From NCBI GenBank assembly GCA_027622665.1, contig JAQBYT010000019.1:1-64000 (forward strand): 64,000 nucleotides of DNA. The letters are read 5' to 3'. The number at the start of each line of letters is the position of its first letter. The stretch's first letter is position 1. Under the pieces are notes generated by a model that saw only the letters and a program-made list of their open reading frames with translations, made no database searches and was not told where the DNA came from. Positions 28,066 through 38,044 of this stretch are shown piece by piece. The translations under genes and the position numbers were made by a program. The stretch comes from Verrucomicrobiota bacterium (GTDB taxonomy: Bacteria; Verrucomicrobiota; Verrucomicrobiia; Opitutales; Seribacteraceae).

Positions 28066-29104
28066 TAGGGTTCCTGTTGTGCAAGTTTCTGCTTCAAACA
28101 TTGCCGCGAACTCGGCTTCTTCTGCACCGGCATTGCCACCTGCTTCGCAAAGCTCCACAGTGGGATCTTTTGGAAGTTTTTGGTTGCCCGGAGATGCAGC
28201 AGCAATGAGTGGTCGGGGGCCGACTTCTAGTCGTCAAAGGCCAGCTGGAGGGGATCAGCAAGGGAAGAGTGGCGGGGGCACCGAGCCAGCAGTCACCAAC
28301 CTTAAGCAAACTTTGCATAGTGCTCGTGGAACAACGAACCAGGCGGCAGCTACATCTAGCGACAAAGCTTTAAATTCGCCCAAGCAAAAGTCGGGTAGCA
28401 TTCACCACGGAGACTCAAAACTTTTACCTAAACTTCCGAAGCCTACGCTTCACCCAGCTAGACTGCAGACACAGATCAATCGTGGACTCGTTACGGTTCG
28501 TCCGGCAGACAGTTTGTCCTCGACCACTCTCGTCAAGGCACGGATCCAGATGCAAGAACCTAGTGCGTTTGAAAAAGGAGATAGGCCTGTTCACCCTGAT
28601 CACCAAGGGGATACGAATGATGGGAAGCGGCATGGCGCGAAACATGCTCAACAAAAGTCAGTGCCCGATTCAATTTCCAACAAATCAACAAACAAAGTGA
28701 TCGATCGATTTGAGTTTCAAGGGATCGCCGATGAAAAGGCGAACAGTGGGGTCTCCTCTCTGCTTGGACAAACTCAATCAGGTAAACTCTTCGTACCCGA
28801 GAATTTGCGTCCTGTGTTGCCCGTTCTTGCGGCGCGAGTTGCAGTCTTGTCACGGGATGGGCGACGAGTTGCCCGTTTTGCTTTGGATTTGCCCGGAGGC
28901 AGTAAACTTGGCGTAAAGATTGAGCTTACCGGGAAGAAGGTTTGTGTCGCTTTCATTACATCGGATCAAGAATTACGGAAATCCCTTCGCTCGGGCTCGG
29001 GACCTATCGCAGATTCCTTGGCTTCCTTTGGCTTTAGTTGCGAGGGTTGCCTAGTGGCATCCAGTTATCACGAGCTTGGAGATTTTGTTTCCAAAGCGGC
29101 TTAA
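28055..29104 (+). CDS. fliK: Flagellar hook-length control protein FliK-like (start uncertain)
   Basis: Low-complexity S/P/Q/G-rich N-terminus; C-terminal 'ARFALDLPGGSKLGVKIELTGKKVCVAFIT...LRKSL' resembles the FliK C-terminal domain; upstream of flgD. Confidence 0.7.
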   Translation: MQIDRVPVVQVSASNIAANSASSAPALPPASQSSTVGSFGSFWLPGDAAAMSGRGPTSSRQRPAGGDQQGKSGGGTEPAVTNLKQTLHSARGTTNQAAATSSDKALNSPKQKSGSIHHGDSKLLPKLPKPTLHPARLQTQINRGLVTVRPADSLSSTTLVKARIQMQEPSAFEKGDRPVHPDHQGDTNDGKRHGAKHAQQKSVPDSISNKSTNKVIDRFEFQGIADEKANSGVSSLLGQTQSGKLFVPENLRPVLPVLAARVAVLSRDGRRVARFALDLPGGSKLGVKIELTGKKVCVAFITSDQELRKSLRSGSGPIADSLASFGFSCEGCLVASSYHELGDFVSKAA

Positions 29105-29146
29105 TTTGAATTTCAACCTAATTTTAATAATTTAACGATTTTGCAA

Positions 29147-29599
29147 ATGATTGAATCAGCATTAACAAAACCAATAAGTGACGCAAACCCTCGGGCAGAC
29201 GCATTTTCCTCAAATTCATCAAGCAGCAGTAGCAATACAATGGGCATGGAGGATTTCCTACAGTTGCTCACTACCCAAATTGCCAACCAAGATCCGCTCG
29301 AACCGATGAAGGATACAGAGTTTATCTCGCAGATGGCGAATGTGGCATCGCTGGAGAATCAGCAAAAGTTTACACAAAGTTTTACTGAATTTGCCGAGTC
29401 CCAAAATCAAGTCGCCACACAAGCTTATCTTGGTCGTAAGGTAACGATTGAAACTAATAGCGGTGAGCGGAAATCTTCCGTTGCTGAGGCGGTGGAGCGT
29501 TCCGCCGATGGGCAGATTACGGTGACTGTCGATGGCAAGGCGTATCCCATTGCGAATATTGTCAGGGTTGAGCTGGTCGACGAATCTGTATCTAAATAA
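29147..29599 (+). CDS. flgD: Flagellar hook capping protein FlgD
   Basis: DFLQLLTTQIANQDPLEPMKDTEFISQMA. Confidence 0.95.
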   Translation: MIESALTKPISDANPRADAFSSNSSSSSSNTMGMEDFLQLLTTQIANQDPLEPMKDTEFISQMANVASLENQQKFTQSFTEFAESQNQVATQAYLGRKVTIETNSGERKSSVAEAVERSADGQITVTVDGKAYPIANIVRVELVDESVSK

Positions 29600-29632
29600 A
29601 TCCCTCCACATCACTCGAATCCACATGAGATT

Positions 29633-30484
29633 ATGATAGCTTCCTTGTACAATGGAGTGACTGCTTTAAAGAGTATTACTCAAGGGCTTCAAACGCTGGG
29701 AAACAATATTGCGAATGTTAATTCTCTCGGTTACAAGGCTTCCCGAGTGAATTATTCCGACAATTTTTATCTTCACATTCAAGATGCCGAGTCTAATGGT
29801 GGTGGTGAACCTCGCAATCAACTGCAGCAGTTCGGTACCGGCGTTCACGTCGGGTCAATAAGCTCAAATTTCAATCAAGGTACTGTAGATGTTACGGGAC
29901 TTGATCTTGACTTGGCCATCGAAGGAGGTGCACTCCCTAATGCTGGTGGCTTTTTCGAGGTTACCGATTCAGCTACGGGGGAACTATTTTACACTCGAGC
30001 CGGATCATATGAAACAAACATGGCTGGAGTTGTAGTGACCCGAGACCGATTTCGCTATCAACTTCAAGGTCAAGACGGTGCATTGCTCCTTGGGGCACAA
30101 GATGGCGAGACTTTACTTGCTCGCCGAGTGGAGGAAGATGGAAAAGTCAACCTGCTCGTGAATAAAGATGGCCAAGACACTCTGCGTGCCGCTGGTCAAG
30201 TTAAGCTCGTAAACTTTTCAGCACCGCAATACCTACGCCGAGTCGGAAATGGTTATTTTTCCAACGGTTTGGCAGGCCAGAACATCGCAGGAAAGTCGGA
30301 TAACCCTTTGCCCACGATCGGATCGAACGGCAAAATTCGACAATATGCCCTTGAACTTTCGAATGTGGATCTCACTAATGAGTTTGCATCCATGATCACC
30401 CATCAACGCTCTTTTCAAGCGGGTTCCCGAGTTGTCACTACATCCGACATGATTCTTTCGGAAGCCATTAACTTGAAACGATAA
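29633..30484 (+). CDS. flgE: Flagellar hook protein FlgE (short, 283 aa)
   Basis: GNNIANVNSLGYK; YTRAG; ELSNVDLTNEF..MITHQRSFQAGSRVVTTSD...NLKR; directly after flgD, while flgF and flgG are separate genes. Confidence 0.88.
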   Translation: MIASLYNGVTALKSITQGLQTLGNNIANVNSLGYKASRVNYSDNFYLHIQDAESNGGGEPRNQLQQFGTGVHVGSISSNFNQGTVDVTGLDLDLAIEGGALPNAGGFFEVTDSATGELFYTRAGSYETNMAGVVVTRDRFRYQLQGQDGALLLGAQDGETLLARRVEEDGKVNLLVNKDGQDTLRAAGQVKLVNFSAPQYLRRVGNGYFSNGLAGQNIAGKSDNPLPTIGSNGKIRQYALELSNVDLTNEFASMITHQRSFQAGSRVVTTSDMILSEAINLKR

Positions 30485-30509
30485 CCGAATATCAAACCAA
30501 GGTCTCGTT

Positions 30510-31046
30510 ATGTGTGCACAAATCGACGAACTCCCTGACAGTCAAGACACACCTGCCGAAAGCGGAGGAGGAGGCAATTTGCTACCCGTGATAATTGGGG
30601 TAATACTTGCTGTGTTATTATCTGTTGGAGGTACTTATTTCATTATAAACTCACTCAAGCCTGAAAAAACTGAGAAACCCATAATCACTGAAGGTGGGCA
30701 ACCATTGGATATCGAACCATCGGGAGATGAGAAGTTCTATGAACTGAAGGATTTGATAACTAATCTCGGCGGACCGGTGAAGGCTAGGTACATCGACATT
30801 CAGCTTAAAATGGAAGGGGTGGCGGGAGACTTCGAGAAAATTCTCGAACAAAACGAACACCGTATTAGGGACAAGTCTCTCACTATACTTGGAAACTACA
30901 CTTACGAAGATTGTCAACTTGATGGATTTCAGGAGCGGGTTCGAGTTGATCTTAAAAAAGGTTTTTCCAGTGTTCTGCGAAAATATCGTGATGGTGAGAG
31001 CGATCTGATTCGGCAGATTTACTTTACCCAATTTGTGATTCAATAA
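30510..31046 (+). CDS. fliL: Flagellar basal body-associated protein FliL
   Basis: Single TM; ITNL...RY...IRD...IYFTQFVIQ. Confidence 0.93.
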   Translation: MCAQIDELPDSQDTPAESGGGGNLLPVIIGVILAVLLSVGGTYFIINSLKPEKTEKPIITEGGQPLDIEPSGDEKFYELKDLITNLGGPVKARYIDIQLKMEGVAGDFEKILEQNEHRIRDKSLTILGNYTYEDCQLDGFQERVRVDLKKGFSSVLRKYRDGESDLIRQIYFTQFVIQ

Positions 31047-31102
31047 ATTACTAGGTCTTGCTCTTCTAGCTTTAACCAAAGCATTTTACACTATTTAGAC
31101 CG

Positions 31103-32119
31103 ATGTCCAACGATCCATCACTCGAAGATGAAAGCTTCGACATCAGCGAAATCGAGGGCACTAGCGAAGGGCAACCCATCTTTCGTTTTGACGGCGAGCG
31201 TTTTGCCGATGACGCCGAAGTCAAGGTGAAGAAATACGATTTCACCAATCCCATCGTACTTACCGAATCTGATTTAACCAAACTCAAGACCAAGAGTGAA
31301 CAATTTGTTTATTACTTGGCAGGGCATCTATCGATGTTCCTTCGCACGGAGTTCAACCTCACTCTCGACGACGTATCGGAGGATTTGTACAGTAATTTCA
31401 CTCAGTCGGTGAAAGTGCCTTCATGCGTAACTCTCTTTAAAATTCAAGAATTAAACGGGGTTTGCCTGCTTGATGTGAACTCACACCTTGCCTTTACAGT
31501 AGTAGATCGAGTTCTGGGAGGGCGTGGTTCTACCACCCCCGAGGAGCGTGGACTCACTGATATCGAAAAAGCCTTAGTGGAAGATTTCAACGTCATTATT
31601 CTGGAAGAGTGGTGTAAGCAGTGGCAGGATCTCCTGACCCTTCATCCATCCATCATCGGCAATGAGACTAGCGGTCGGTTTCTCCAAACGTCTCCATCCG
31701 ATGCAATGATGTTAATTTTGAATATGGAAGCTTCATTCGGTGATGTGACGGGACCAATTAGGATCGCCATTCCATATTATACTCTTGAACCTCTGATGAA
31801 CCGAATGCTTGCCCCGGATAAAAACTTGGAGCAAGGTTTGGCCAAACCCGCCGCTCGCTGGCAAGATGTCTACGATGACATACTTGTCCCATTGTCGGCC
31901 GAGTGGGATGCTTTCGAGTTATCCGTTCGGGATCTCATGGCACTGCGAGTGGACGATGTTGTGGAGATGCCTACTCGGCTGATCAGCGAAACTAAAATTA
32001 GAATTGAGGATCGAACGTGTTTTGTCGGAGAAATCGGACTGGAGGGAGAACAAGTTGCTTTTAAAGTGAACGTAAGTTGCATTGAGGCAAACAACCTATT
32101 GGGAAAAAGTCATGGATAG
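31103..32119 (+). CDS. fliM: Flagellar motor switch protein FliM
   Basis: YDFTNP, VVDRVLGG.G, RGLTDIE, IAIPYYTLEP; C-terminal SpoA-like domain. Confidence 0.93.
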   Translation: MSNDPSLEDESFDISEIEGTSEGQPIFRFDGERFADDAEVKVKKYDFTNPIVLTESDLTKLKTKSEQFVYYLAGHLSMFLRTEFNLTLDDVSEDLYSNFTQSVKVPSCVTLFKIQELNGVCLLDVNSHLAFTVVDRVLGGRGSTTPEERGLTDIEKALVEDFNVIILEEWCKQWQDLLTLHPSIIGNETSGRFLQTSPSDAMMLILNMEASFGDVTGPIRIAIPYYTLEPLMNRMLAPDKNLEQGLAKPAARWQDVYDDILVPLSAEWDAFELSVRDLMALRVDDVVEMPTRLISETKIRIEDRTCFVGEIGLEGEQVAFKVNVSCIEANNLLGKSHG

Positions 32120-32360
32120 CAGGAAAATGGATGTCGTGATGGACGTTAAAGTGAAGGCGACTGTACAATTGGGAACTGCAGAGCTCCCCATGAGAGAAGT
32201 CGTTGAATTAAGCCCTGGAGCTCAGATTCAATTGAAGCAGAATGCGAAGGATCCTGTCAGTCTTCTGGTTAATGGTAAATTGATCGCTTACGGCGAAGTC
32301 GTGGTCGTGAACGATCGTTTCGGCTTGAAGATAACGGAGATTGTGGATTCCGCCCCGTGA
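32112..32360 (+). CDS. fliN: Flagellar motor switch protein FliN
   Basis: DVKVKATVQLG...VNGKLIAYGEVVVVNDRFGLKITEI; start at ATG 32112. Confidence 0.94.
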   Translation: MDSRKMDVVMDVKVKATVQLGTAELPMREVVELSPGAQIQLKQNAKDPVSLLVNGKLIAYGEVVVVNDRFGLKITEIVDSAP

Positions 32361-32812
32361 ATGTGGCGCCCTTTGCGATGCTTGCTTTTGTTGCAGCGTC
32401 GCTGCCTTTGGCAACCAGTGCATGGGCCTTGGATCTTTTGGCACTTTCCGATACACCGAAAATACCAACAGGGGCTGAAGATTTATTGTGGGGAGGGGCC
32501 AAGGCCATTGCTCTTTTGGCCTTTCTTGGGTCGGGTGCCCTATTGCTTAACCATTTCTACAAGCGAAAGCGTCTTGGAGTGAGAGTCAATGCGGCAGGGA
32601 AAATCCATCTCGCCGATACATGTGCTTTGGGTAATAGGCAGTTTCTCGTTGTGGCTGAATTTGAAAAAGAACGCCATTTACTAGGCGTGAGCCAGAATGC
32701 CATTAATCATCTTTCACAATTGAAGGATGCTAATGCAGCTGACAATGACTTCGAGAAGGTACTTGGTAGTTCTGTGGAAAGTGGCGATCACGCCGGAGAG
32801 GAAATCCATTGA
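32357..32812 (+). CDS. fliO: Flagellar biosynthetic protein FliO
   Basis: TM followed by 'LGNRQFLVVAE....HLLGVS..I..L'; between fliN and fliP. Confidence 0.85.
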   Translation: MNVAPFAMLAFVAASLPLATSAWALDLLALSDTPKIPTGAEDLLWGGAKAIALLAFLGSGALLLNHFYKRKRLGVRVNAAGKIHLADTCALGNRQFLVVAEFEKERHLLGVSQNAINHLSQLKDANAADNDFEKVLGSSVESGDHAGEEIH

Positions 32813-33594
32813 GATTTCTTGGGAGGAGTAGGTGGCTCAAGTTGTGTTTGCCGGTATTAGCGGTTGCGTTTCTTTTACTGTGTTCGGGAGATGGCTTTGG
32901 CCAGACCACCGGAACGGGTGCTCCCGGTCTCAGGATAGATGTTTCGGGTTCAAACGACGAAGGGGATTTCGGCGTCGCCATCCAACTCGTCGTCGCCATG
33001 ACGATTCTTTCTCTCGGACCATCCGTCATCATGATGATGACTTGTTTTACCCGGATTGTAATCGTTCTCGGTTTTGTTCGTAACGCAATTGGCGTTAATG
33101 CCGCTCCTTCCAGTCAGATTATTATTGGCTTGGCGCTCTTTCTCACCTTTTTCATTATGGGTCCTGTCTGGGATCGAATCTATGACGATGCCGCGACACC
33201 TTACATGGCGGGTGAAATGAAGTCCGGCGACGCACTTTTGGTCGCCACTGCTCACATGAAGGACTTTATGATGACTCAGACTCGGCAGTCGGACGCTCAA
33301 TTCTTTTTGGAGATTTCTCGTCAAGGAGCTATGACTCGAGAAGAAATTCCTCTTAGCGTGGTCGTGCCATCTTTTGTCCTTAGTGAGCTTAGAACCGCTT
33401 TTCAGATGGGTTTTCTTATATTCATCCCCTTCATCATCGTCGATTTCATTGTGGCATCGTCGCTGATGTCCATGGGAATGATGATGATGCCCCCCGTCGT
33501 GATCTCCATGCCATTTAAATTGCTTTTGTTTGTCTTGGTGGATGGTTGGTATCTGGTGATTCAATCGCTCGTTAATAGTTTCAACGTGGGCTGA
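32809..33594 (+). CDS. fliP: Flagellar export gate protein FliP
   Basis: MTCFTRIVIVL, PSFVLSEL.TAFQMG, MGMMMMPP..ISMPFKLLLFVLVDGW. Confidence 0.97.
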   Translation: MRFLGRSRWLKLCLPVLAVAFLLLCSGDGFGQTTGTGAPGLRIDVSGSNDEGDFGVAIQLVVAMTILSLGPSVIMMMTCFTRIVIVLGFVRNAIGVNAAPSSQIIIGLALFLTFFIMGPVWDRIYDDAATPYMAGEMKSGDALLVATAHMKDFMMTQTRQSDAQFFLEISRQGAMTREEIPLSVVVPSFVLSELRTAFQMGFLIFIPFIIVDFIVASSLMSMGMMMMPPVVISMPFKLLLFVLVDGWYLVIQSLVNSFNVG

Positions 33595-33624
33595 GATAAC
33601 CCGACGTAAAAGGAGAACAACGTC

Positions 33625-33894
33625 ATGACGATGGAAATGGCCGTCGATATTATGAGAAACCTCTTGCAGACGGGGTTGCTTTTGGCCGTGCCTATCTTGG
33701 GTACTGCAACTGTTGTAGGATTGGCTGTAAGTCTTATTCAGTCAATCACGAGTATTCAGGAGCAAACCCTTACCTTCGTACCCAAACTGATTTGTGTGTC
33801 ACTGGCGATTATTGTTTCGGCCAATTTCATTTTACGGACATTGATGGAGTTTTGCGTATCAATGTTTAACCTCATGCCCATGATGGCTCAATGA
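33625..33894 (+). CDS. fliQ: Flagellar export gate protein FliQ
   Basis: QSITSIQEQTLTFVPK. Confidence 0.96.
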   Translation: MTMEMAVDIMRNLLQTGLLLAVPILGTATVVGLAVSLIQSITSIQEQTLTFVPKLICVSLAIIVSANFILRTLMEFCVSMFNLMPMMAQ

Positions 33895-34652
33895 CGATCG
33901 AGGCCTCGGATATTATCGTATGGGTACTCGTTTTTTTACGAACGGGTGCGTTTTTTATGGGCATCCCATTGTTCGCAGGGAAGATGATTCCCGTCCGTCT
34001 TCGCCTTTGTTTTGGTTTGCTTTTGGCTATTTTGGTGAATCCCTTGGTTCCGGCGAACGTCGATCTGGCCCATCATTTCGTCGGAGCTATTCTTTTGGCC
34101 ATGAATGAAGTGTGTATTGGACTTTTGCTAGCTATGTCCGTGAGAATGGTCTTCTTTGCCGTTGAGCTGACTGGGCATCTCATCTCATATGAGATCGGGT
34201 TAATGGCGAGTAACAGCGTGAATCCTTTATTAGGTTCGAGTGATTCTACCATCACTACTTTGCTCTATTACTTCACTCTGGTTATTTTCTTTGCGGCTGG
34301 GATTCATTACGATGTCCTGCTGGCCTTTACTCTTAGTTTCGAGGTGCTTCCGATTGGCTCCTTCTTTCAGAAAGCAAATCCAACTTTTGGCTTCGTTCGA
34401 GAAACGGCAACCGTATGGGTTTTAGGTACCCTTATGGCCGCTCCATTTATTGCAATGAACTTTCTAATTAACATTTCATTTGCCGTGCTGGGCAAGGCTG
34501 TCCCAAAAATGAATGTCTTTATTACGAGTTTTTCCGTTCGAATCACTTGTGGTCTGACATTGCTGATTTCCTCTCTTCTGCTCATTACATCCTATGTGTT
34601 GGATCACAGTCGAAGATCCGCTCACGTGATGCTCGACTTGATTCAACCCTGA
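33891..34652 (+). CDS. fliR: Flagellar export gate protein FliR
   Basis: Multi-TM; EVCIG; KAVPKMNVF; between fliQ and flhB. Confidence 0.94.
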   Translation: MTIEASDIIVWVLVFLRTGAFFMGIPLFAGKMIPVRLRLCFGLLLAILVNPLVPANVDLAHHFVGAILLAMNEVCIGLLLAMSVRMVFFAVELTGHLISYEIGLMASNSVNPLLGSSDSTITTLLYYFTLVIFFAAGIHYDVLLAFTLSFEVLPIGSFFQKANPTFGFVRETATVWVLGTLMAAPFIAMNFLINISFAVLGKAVPKMNVFITSFSVRITCGLTLLISSLLLITSYVLDHSRRSAHVMLDLIQP

Positions 34653-34678
34653 TCTTGTGTTGATTAAATCGTAGTTTC

Positions 34679-35788
34679 ATGTCCGACGTCGACAAAAGTT
34701 CTAAGACTGAACCACCAACGGAGAAAAAATTGTCCGAGTCTAGGTCTAAAGGACAATTTGCCAAGGCTCCAGAGATCGGGATGACATTCACGCTTCTTGC
34801 GGGTTTTTTGGTCATTCTGAGTCTCGGTGCCCAAAAAGCCTTGGATCTTGCCGTGTTCACACGGGCCATCTTCGAAAACCTCCATAAGATATTTCTTACG
34901 CAAGAGGGTGCAGTGAGTACTTTGATTGGTGCCTATCAATCGCTTTTGCTTATAGTTTATCCGATGTTGCTTGCTTGTTTCTTTGCTGCTCTTTTGGCAG
35001 AAGGATTGCAGACTGGTTTTCGCCTTACCCCAAAGGCAATGGAGCCCAAATTCAGCAGAATGAATCCAATAAGTGGAGCGAAAAAGATTTTTGGTCTAAA
35101 AGCCCTAAAGACCGCCGCCATCGATTTACTCAAATTTATGGCAATCGGGACTGTCGTGTGGCTGACTATGCTTATCTTCATCGACGATCCTATTTTTTAT
35201 ACCCCGATACCCATTCAGTATATACCTGAATTCATTCATAAAATGTTCGTGACTATGCTTGCCTTGCTTATCTTAACGGTAGCGGTTATCGCTATCATCA
35301 ACTTCCTCATTAAGAAAAAAGAGAATAACGAGGAGATGATGATGACAAAGCAGGAAGTGAAAGAAGAACGGAAAAGCAAAGAGGTTTCACCTGAAGTGAA
35401 GTCTGCTCAGCGAAAGAAAGCCATGGAGATGCTTAGCGGTCAAAATCTCGAAGCGGTGGGGACTGCCGATGTCGTGGTGACCAATCCGACGCACTATGCT
35501 GTAGCCCTTCGTTACCAAAGAGGCATGGATCTTGCTCCTGTAGTTGTTGCGAAAGGAGAAAACCTCTTGGCTAGAAGAATAAAATTAATTGCAGCGGAGT
35601 TTGAAGTACCCGTGGTGGAAAACAAACCACTGGCTCGTGCACTGTATGCTCTCGGAAAGGCTGGAGAGCCCATTCCGCGTGAATTTTACAGCTTGGTTGC
35701 GGGTATTCTTGCACATGTTTACAAGATGCACTCCTATTATTTTCATCGTTTGAAGGCACGCCGGCTCATGGCTGGCTCATCTGCCTAA
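34679..35788 (+). CDS. flhB: Flagellar biosynthesis protein FlhB
   Basis: KTEPPTEKKL; intact NPTH autocleavage motif; ENKPLARAL. Confidence 0.96.
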   Translation: MSDVDKSSKTEPPTEKKLSESRSKGQFAKAPEIGMTFTLLAGFLVILSLGAQKALDLAVFTRAIFENLHKIFLTQEGAVSTLIGAYQSLLLIVYPMLLACFFAALLAEGLQTGFRLTPKAMEPKFSRMNPISGAKKIFGLKALKTAAIDLLKFMAIGTVVWLTMLIFIDDPIFYTPIPIQYIPEFIHKMFVTMLALLILTVAVIAIINFLIKKKENNEEMMMTKQEVKEERKSKEVSPEVKSAQRKKAMEMLSGQNLEAVGTADVVVTNPTHYAVALRYQRGMDLAPVVVAKGENLLARRIKLIAAEFEVPVVENKPLARALYALGKAGEPIPREFYSLVAGILAHVYKMHSYYFHRLKARRLMAGSSA

Positions 35789-35794
35789 CTTTTT

Positions 35795-38023
35795 ATGGCT
35801 GCTTTCGTTCAACGTCTTCGCGAGAAATTTAGCGATTTGGGGGGCTACGCCGATCTCGCATTCGTTTTCGGTTTGTTTGGGGCGGTGTTTTTGCTCGTTA
35901 TTCCCGTCCACAAGGATCTACTCAGTCTTCTACTGGTTGGCAGTATCGGCATATCCTTGCTCATTCTCCTTACGGTCATCTATGTTAAGGATCCTCCCGA
36001 ATTCTCCGTTTTCCCGACACTTCTTCTGGCTGTAACTCTTTATCGGTTAGGGCTTAACGTGGCCTCGACGCGTTTGATACTTCTTGAGGCTGATGCGGGT
36101 TCCGTGATTCAATCATTCGGGACCTTTGTTGTGGGAGGGAATTATGTGGTCGGCGCAGTTATCTTTTTGATTCTCGTCATCATAAATTTTGTCGTAATTA
36201 CTAAAGGTTCGGGACGTATCGCTGAAGTTACAGCTCGCTTTACCTTGGACGCTATGCCTGGAAAGCAAATGTCCATTGATGCCGAACTGAATGCTGGAAT
36301 CATTACCGAGTCCGATGCCTTGAGACAGCGTGAAAAGATTCAGAAAGATGCCGACTTTTATGGTTCGATGGATGGCGCCAGCAAGTTTGTTCGCGGAGAT
36401 GCGATAGCTGGAATTTTCATTACTGTCGTGAATATTATTGGGGGTGTCTTGATTGGGTTTTTTCAGCGAGATATGCCCATTGCGGATGCTCTTCAAACCT
36501 ACACTATTCTTTCAATCGGAGACGGTTTGGTTTCACAGATTCCGGCAATAATTGTTTCGATTGCCGCCGGTATTCTTGTAACTCGTTCGTCGGAAGAGAC
36601 AAACCTTGGGGAATTCGTGGGTCGCCAACTTACCATCCATCCCCGAGCGGTAGGCATTTCGGGCGTAATGCTTATGGCATTCGCCTTTTTTCTGTCAGAC
36701 ACTTTCTGGCCCTTCTTTATCTTGGCTTCGATTTGCTTTGTCGTCGCTTATTCTTTAAAGAAAAAAGCTCTTGAGGTCGGTTCGGAGTTTGAAGAGCTTT
36801 CTGCCGGTTCGGACGCTGCTGCCTCATCCCAGGCGGGACAAGCCCGTCTGCCTGGGGGAGAAGCTGCGCCACATGCCGAATCAGGCCCGGCCAAGTCTCC
36901 GATGGAATCGGCAATTGAACAAGAGGTTTTCGGTCTCGAAATGGGGTATGGACTGCTAGTGTTGGCCGACAAGAAAAAGGGAGGAGACCTTTTGGAGCGG
37001 ATTACGGGGGCTCGTACCAACTTTGCCAAGGAGATGGGCATGCTGTTGCCAACGATTGGAGTCCGCGATAATATTGAGCTTGAACCGAACGAGTATAGAT
37101 TGCTCTTGCGAGGCAAGGAAATTGCCCGATCTTCAGTATTGCCCGAAAGAGTTCTGGCGATGAACATGGGAGGAGGAGAGACTGGCAAGCTCGACGGAAT
37201 TCCTACCGTGGAACCCGTTTTCGGCATAGAGGCCTTGTGGATTCCTGAGGACGAACGTCGCAACGCCGAAATAGAGGGATGCACAGTGGTCGATCCTTCA
37301 TCTGTTCTTGTTACGCATCTTTCCGATATTCTTAAGAAGAATGCATACCTTATCCTCGAACGAGAGGGTACCCAGCAGTTAATCGATCTGGTCAAAGAAC
37401 GGAATCCGACTCTTGTCAGTGAATTGCTTCCGGATCTCGTTACTATAGGGATTATCCAACGAACATTGCAAAATCTCTTGCGCGAAAGAGTTCCAATTAA
37501 GAATCTAACGCTAATCTTAGAGACGATTGCCGATATGGCGAGCATCACCAAGAATCCTGACGACCTATCCGAGCAGACTCGCAAAAGGCTTGGCATGTAC
37601 TTCGTAAAGGATTACGAAATAGAGCCTGGTAAGCTTCTTGCCATGACGTTCGAGCCCCGATTGGAGCAAATTCTGATTTCTCGCGTTAAAAGAAGCCAGT
37701 TTGATATCGGACTCTCGATGGATCCCCCCCTGACCGAGGGAATTGTGGGTGAAATGGAGCCAAAGATTAAAGAGATGATGGAACAAGGTCTTACGCCCGT
37801 AATTGTGACGACTTCGGAACTAAGGCTGGCGTTCCGTCGCTTTATGGAACCCTCCTATCCTCAGCTTGCGGTGATCGCCTACCAGGAACTACCTGCCGAA
37901 ACGATTATCGAGCCTTTTGGCGCCATCGCTCTACCGGAGCAGTCTTTGCCTGAAGAGATTACCCAAGCCATGGAAGAAAATAGACAATTTCAGCCCGAAG
38001 GGGAATCTGCGTTAGCTGCCTAA
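35795..38023 (+). CDS. flhA: Flagellar biosynthesis protein FlhA
   Basis: RIAEVTARFTLDAMPGKQMSIDAEL; FYGSMDGASKFVRGDA. Confidence 0.97.
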   Translation: MAAFVQRLREKFSDLGGYADLAFVFGLFGAVFLLVIPVHKDLLSLLLVGSIGISLLILLTVIYVKDPPEFSVFPTLLLAVTLYRLGLNVASTRLILLEADAGSVIQSFGTFVVGGNYVVGAVIFLILVIINFVVITKGSGRIAEVTARFTLDAMPGKQMSIDAELNAGIITESDALRQREKIQKDADFYGSMDGASKFVRGDAIAGIFITVVNIIGGVLIGFFQRDMPIADALQTYTILSIGDGLVSQIPAIIVSIAAGILVTRSSEETNLGEFVGRQLTIHPRAVGISGVMLMAFAFFLSDTFWPFFILASICFVVAYSLKKKALEVGSEFEELSAGSDAAASSQAGQARLPGGEAAPHAESGPAKSPMESAIEQEVFGLEMGYGLLVLADKKKGGDLLERITGARTNFAKEMGMLLPTIGVRDNIELEPNEYRLLLRGKEIARSSVLPERVLAMNMGGGETGKLDGIPTVEPVFGIEALWIPEDERRNAEIEGCTVVDPSSVLVTHLSDILKKNAYLILEREGTQQLIDLVKERNPTLVSELLPDLVTIGIIQRTLQNLLRERVPIKNLTLILETIADMASITKNPDDLSEQTRKRLGMYFVKDYEIEPGKLLAMTFEPRLEQILISRVKRSQFDIGLSMDPPLTEGIVGEMEPKIKEMMEQGLTPVIVTTSELRLAFRRFMEPSYPQLAVIAYQELPAETIIEPFGAIALPEQSLPEEITQAMEENRQFQPEGESALAA

Positions 38024-38044
38024 CGACTTTATTGTGGAAATTTT

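Noticed and set aside
31070..31106. sigma28 promoter upstream of fliM (CAAA...ACCGAT)
   Set aside because: Poor match and spacing, and it overlaps the start codon; no convincing TAAA-N15-GCCGATAA found upstream of flgK, flgL or fliW either
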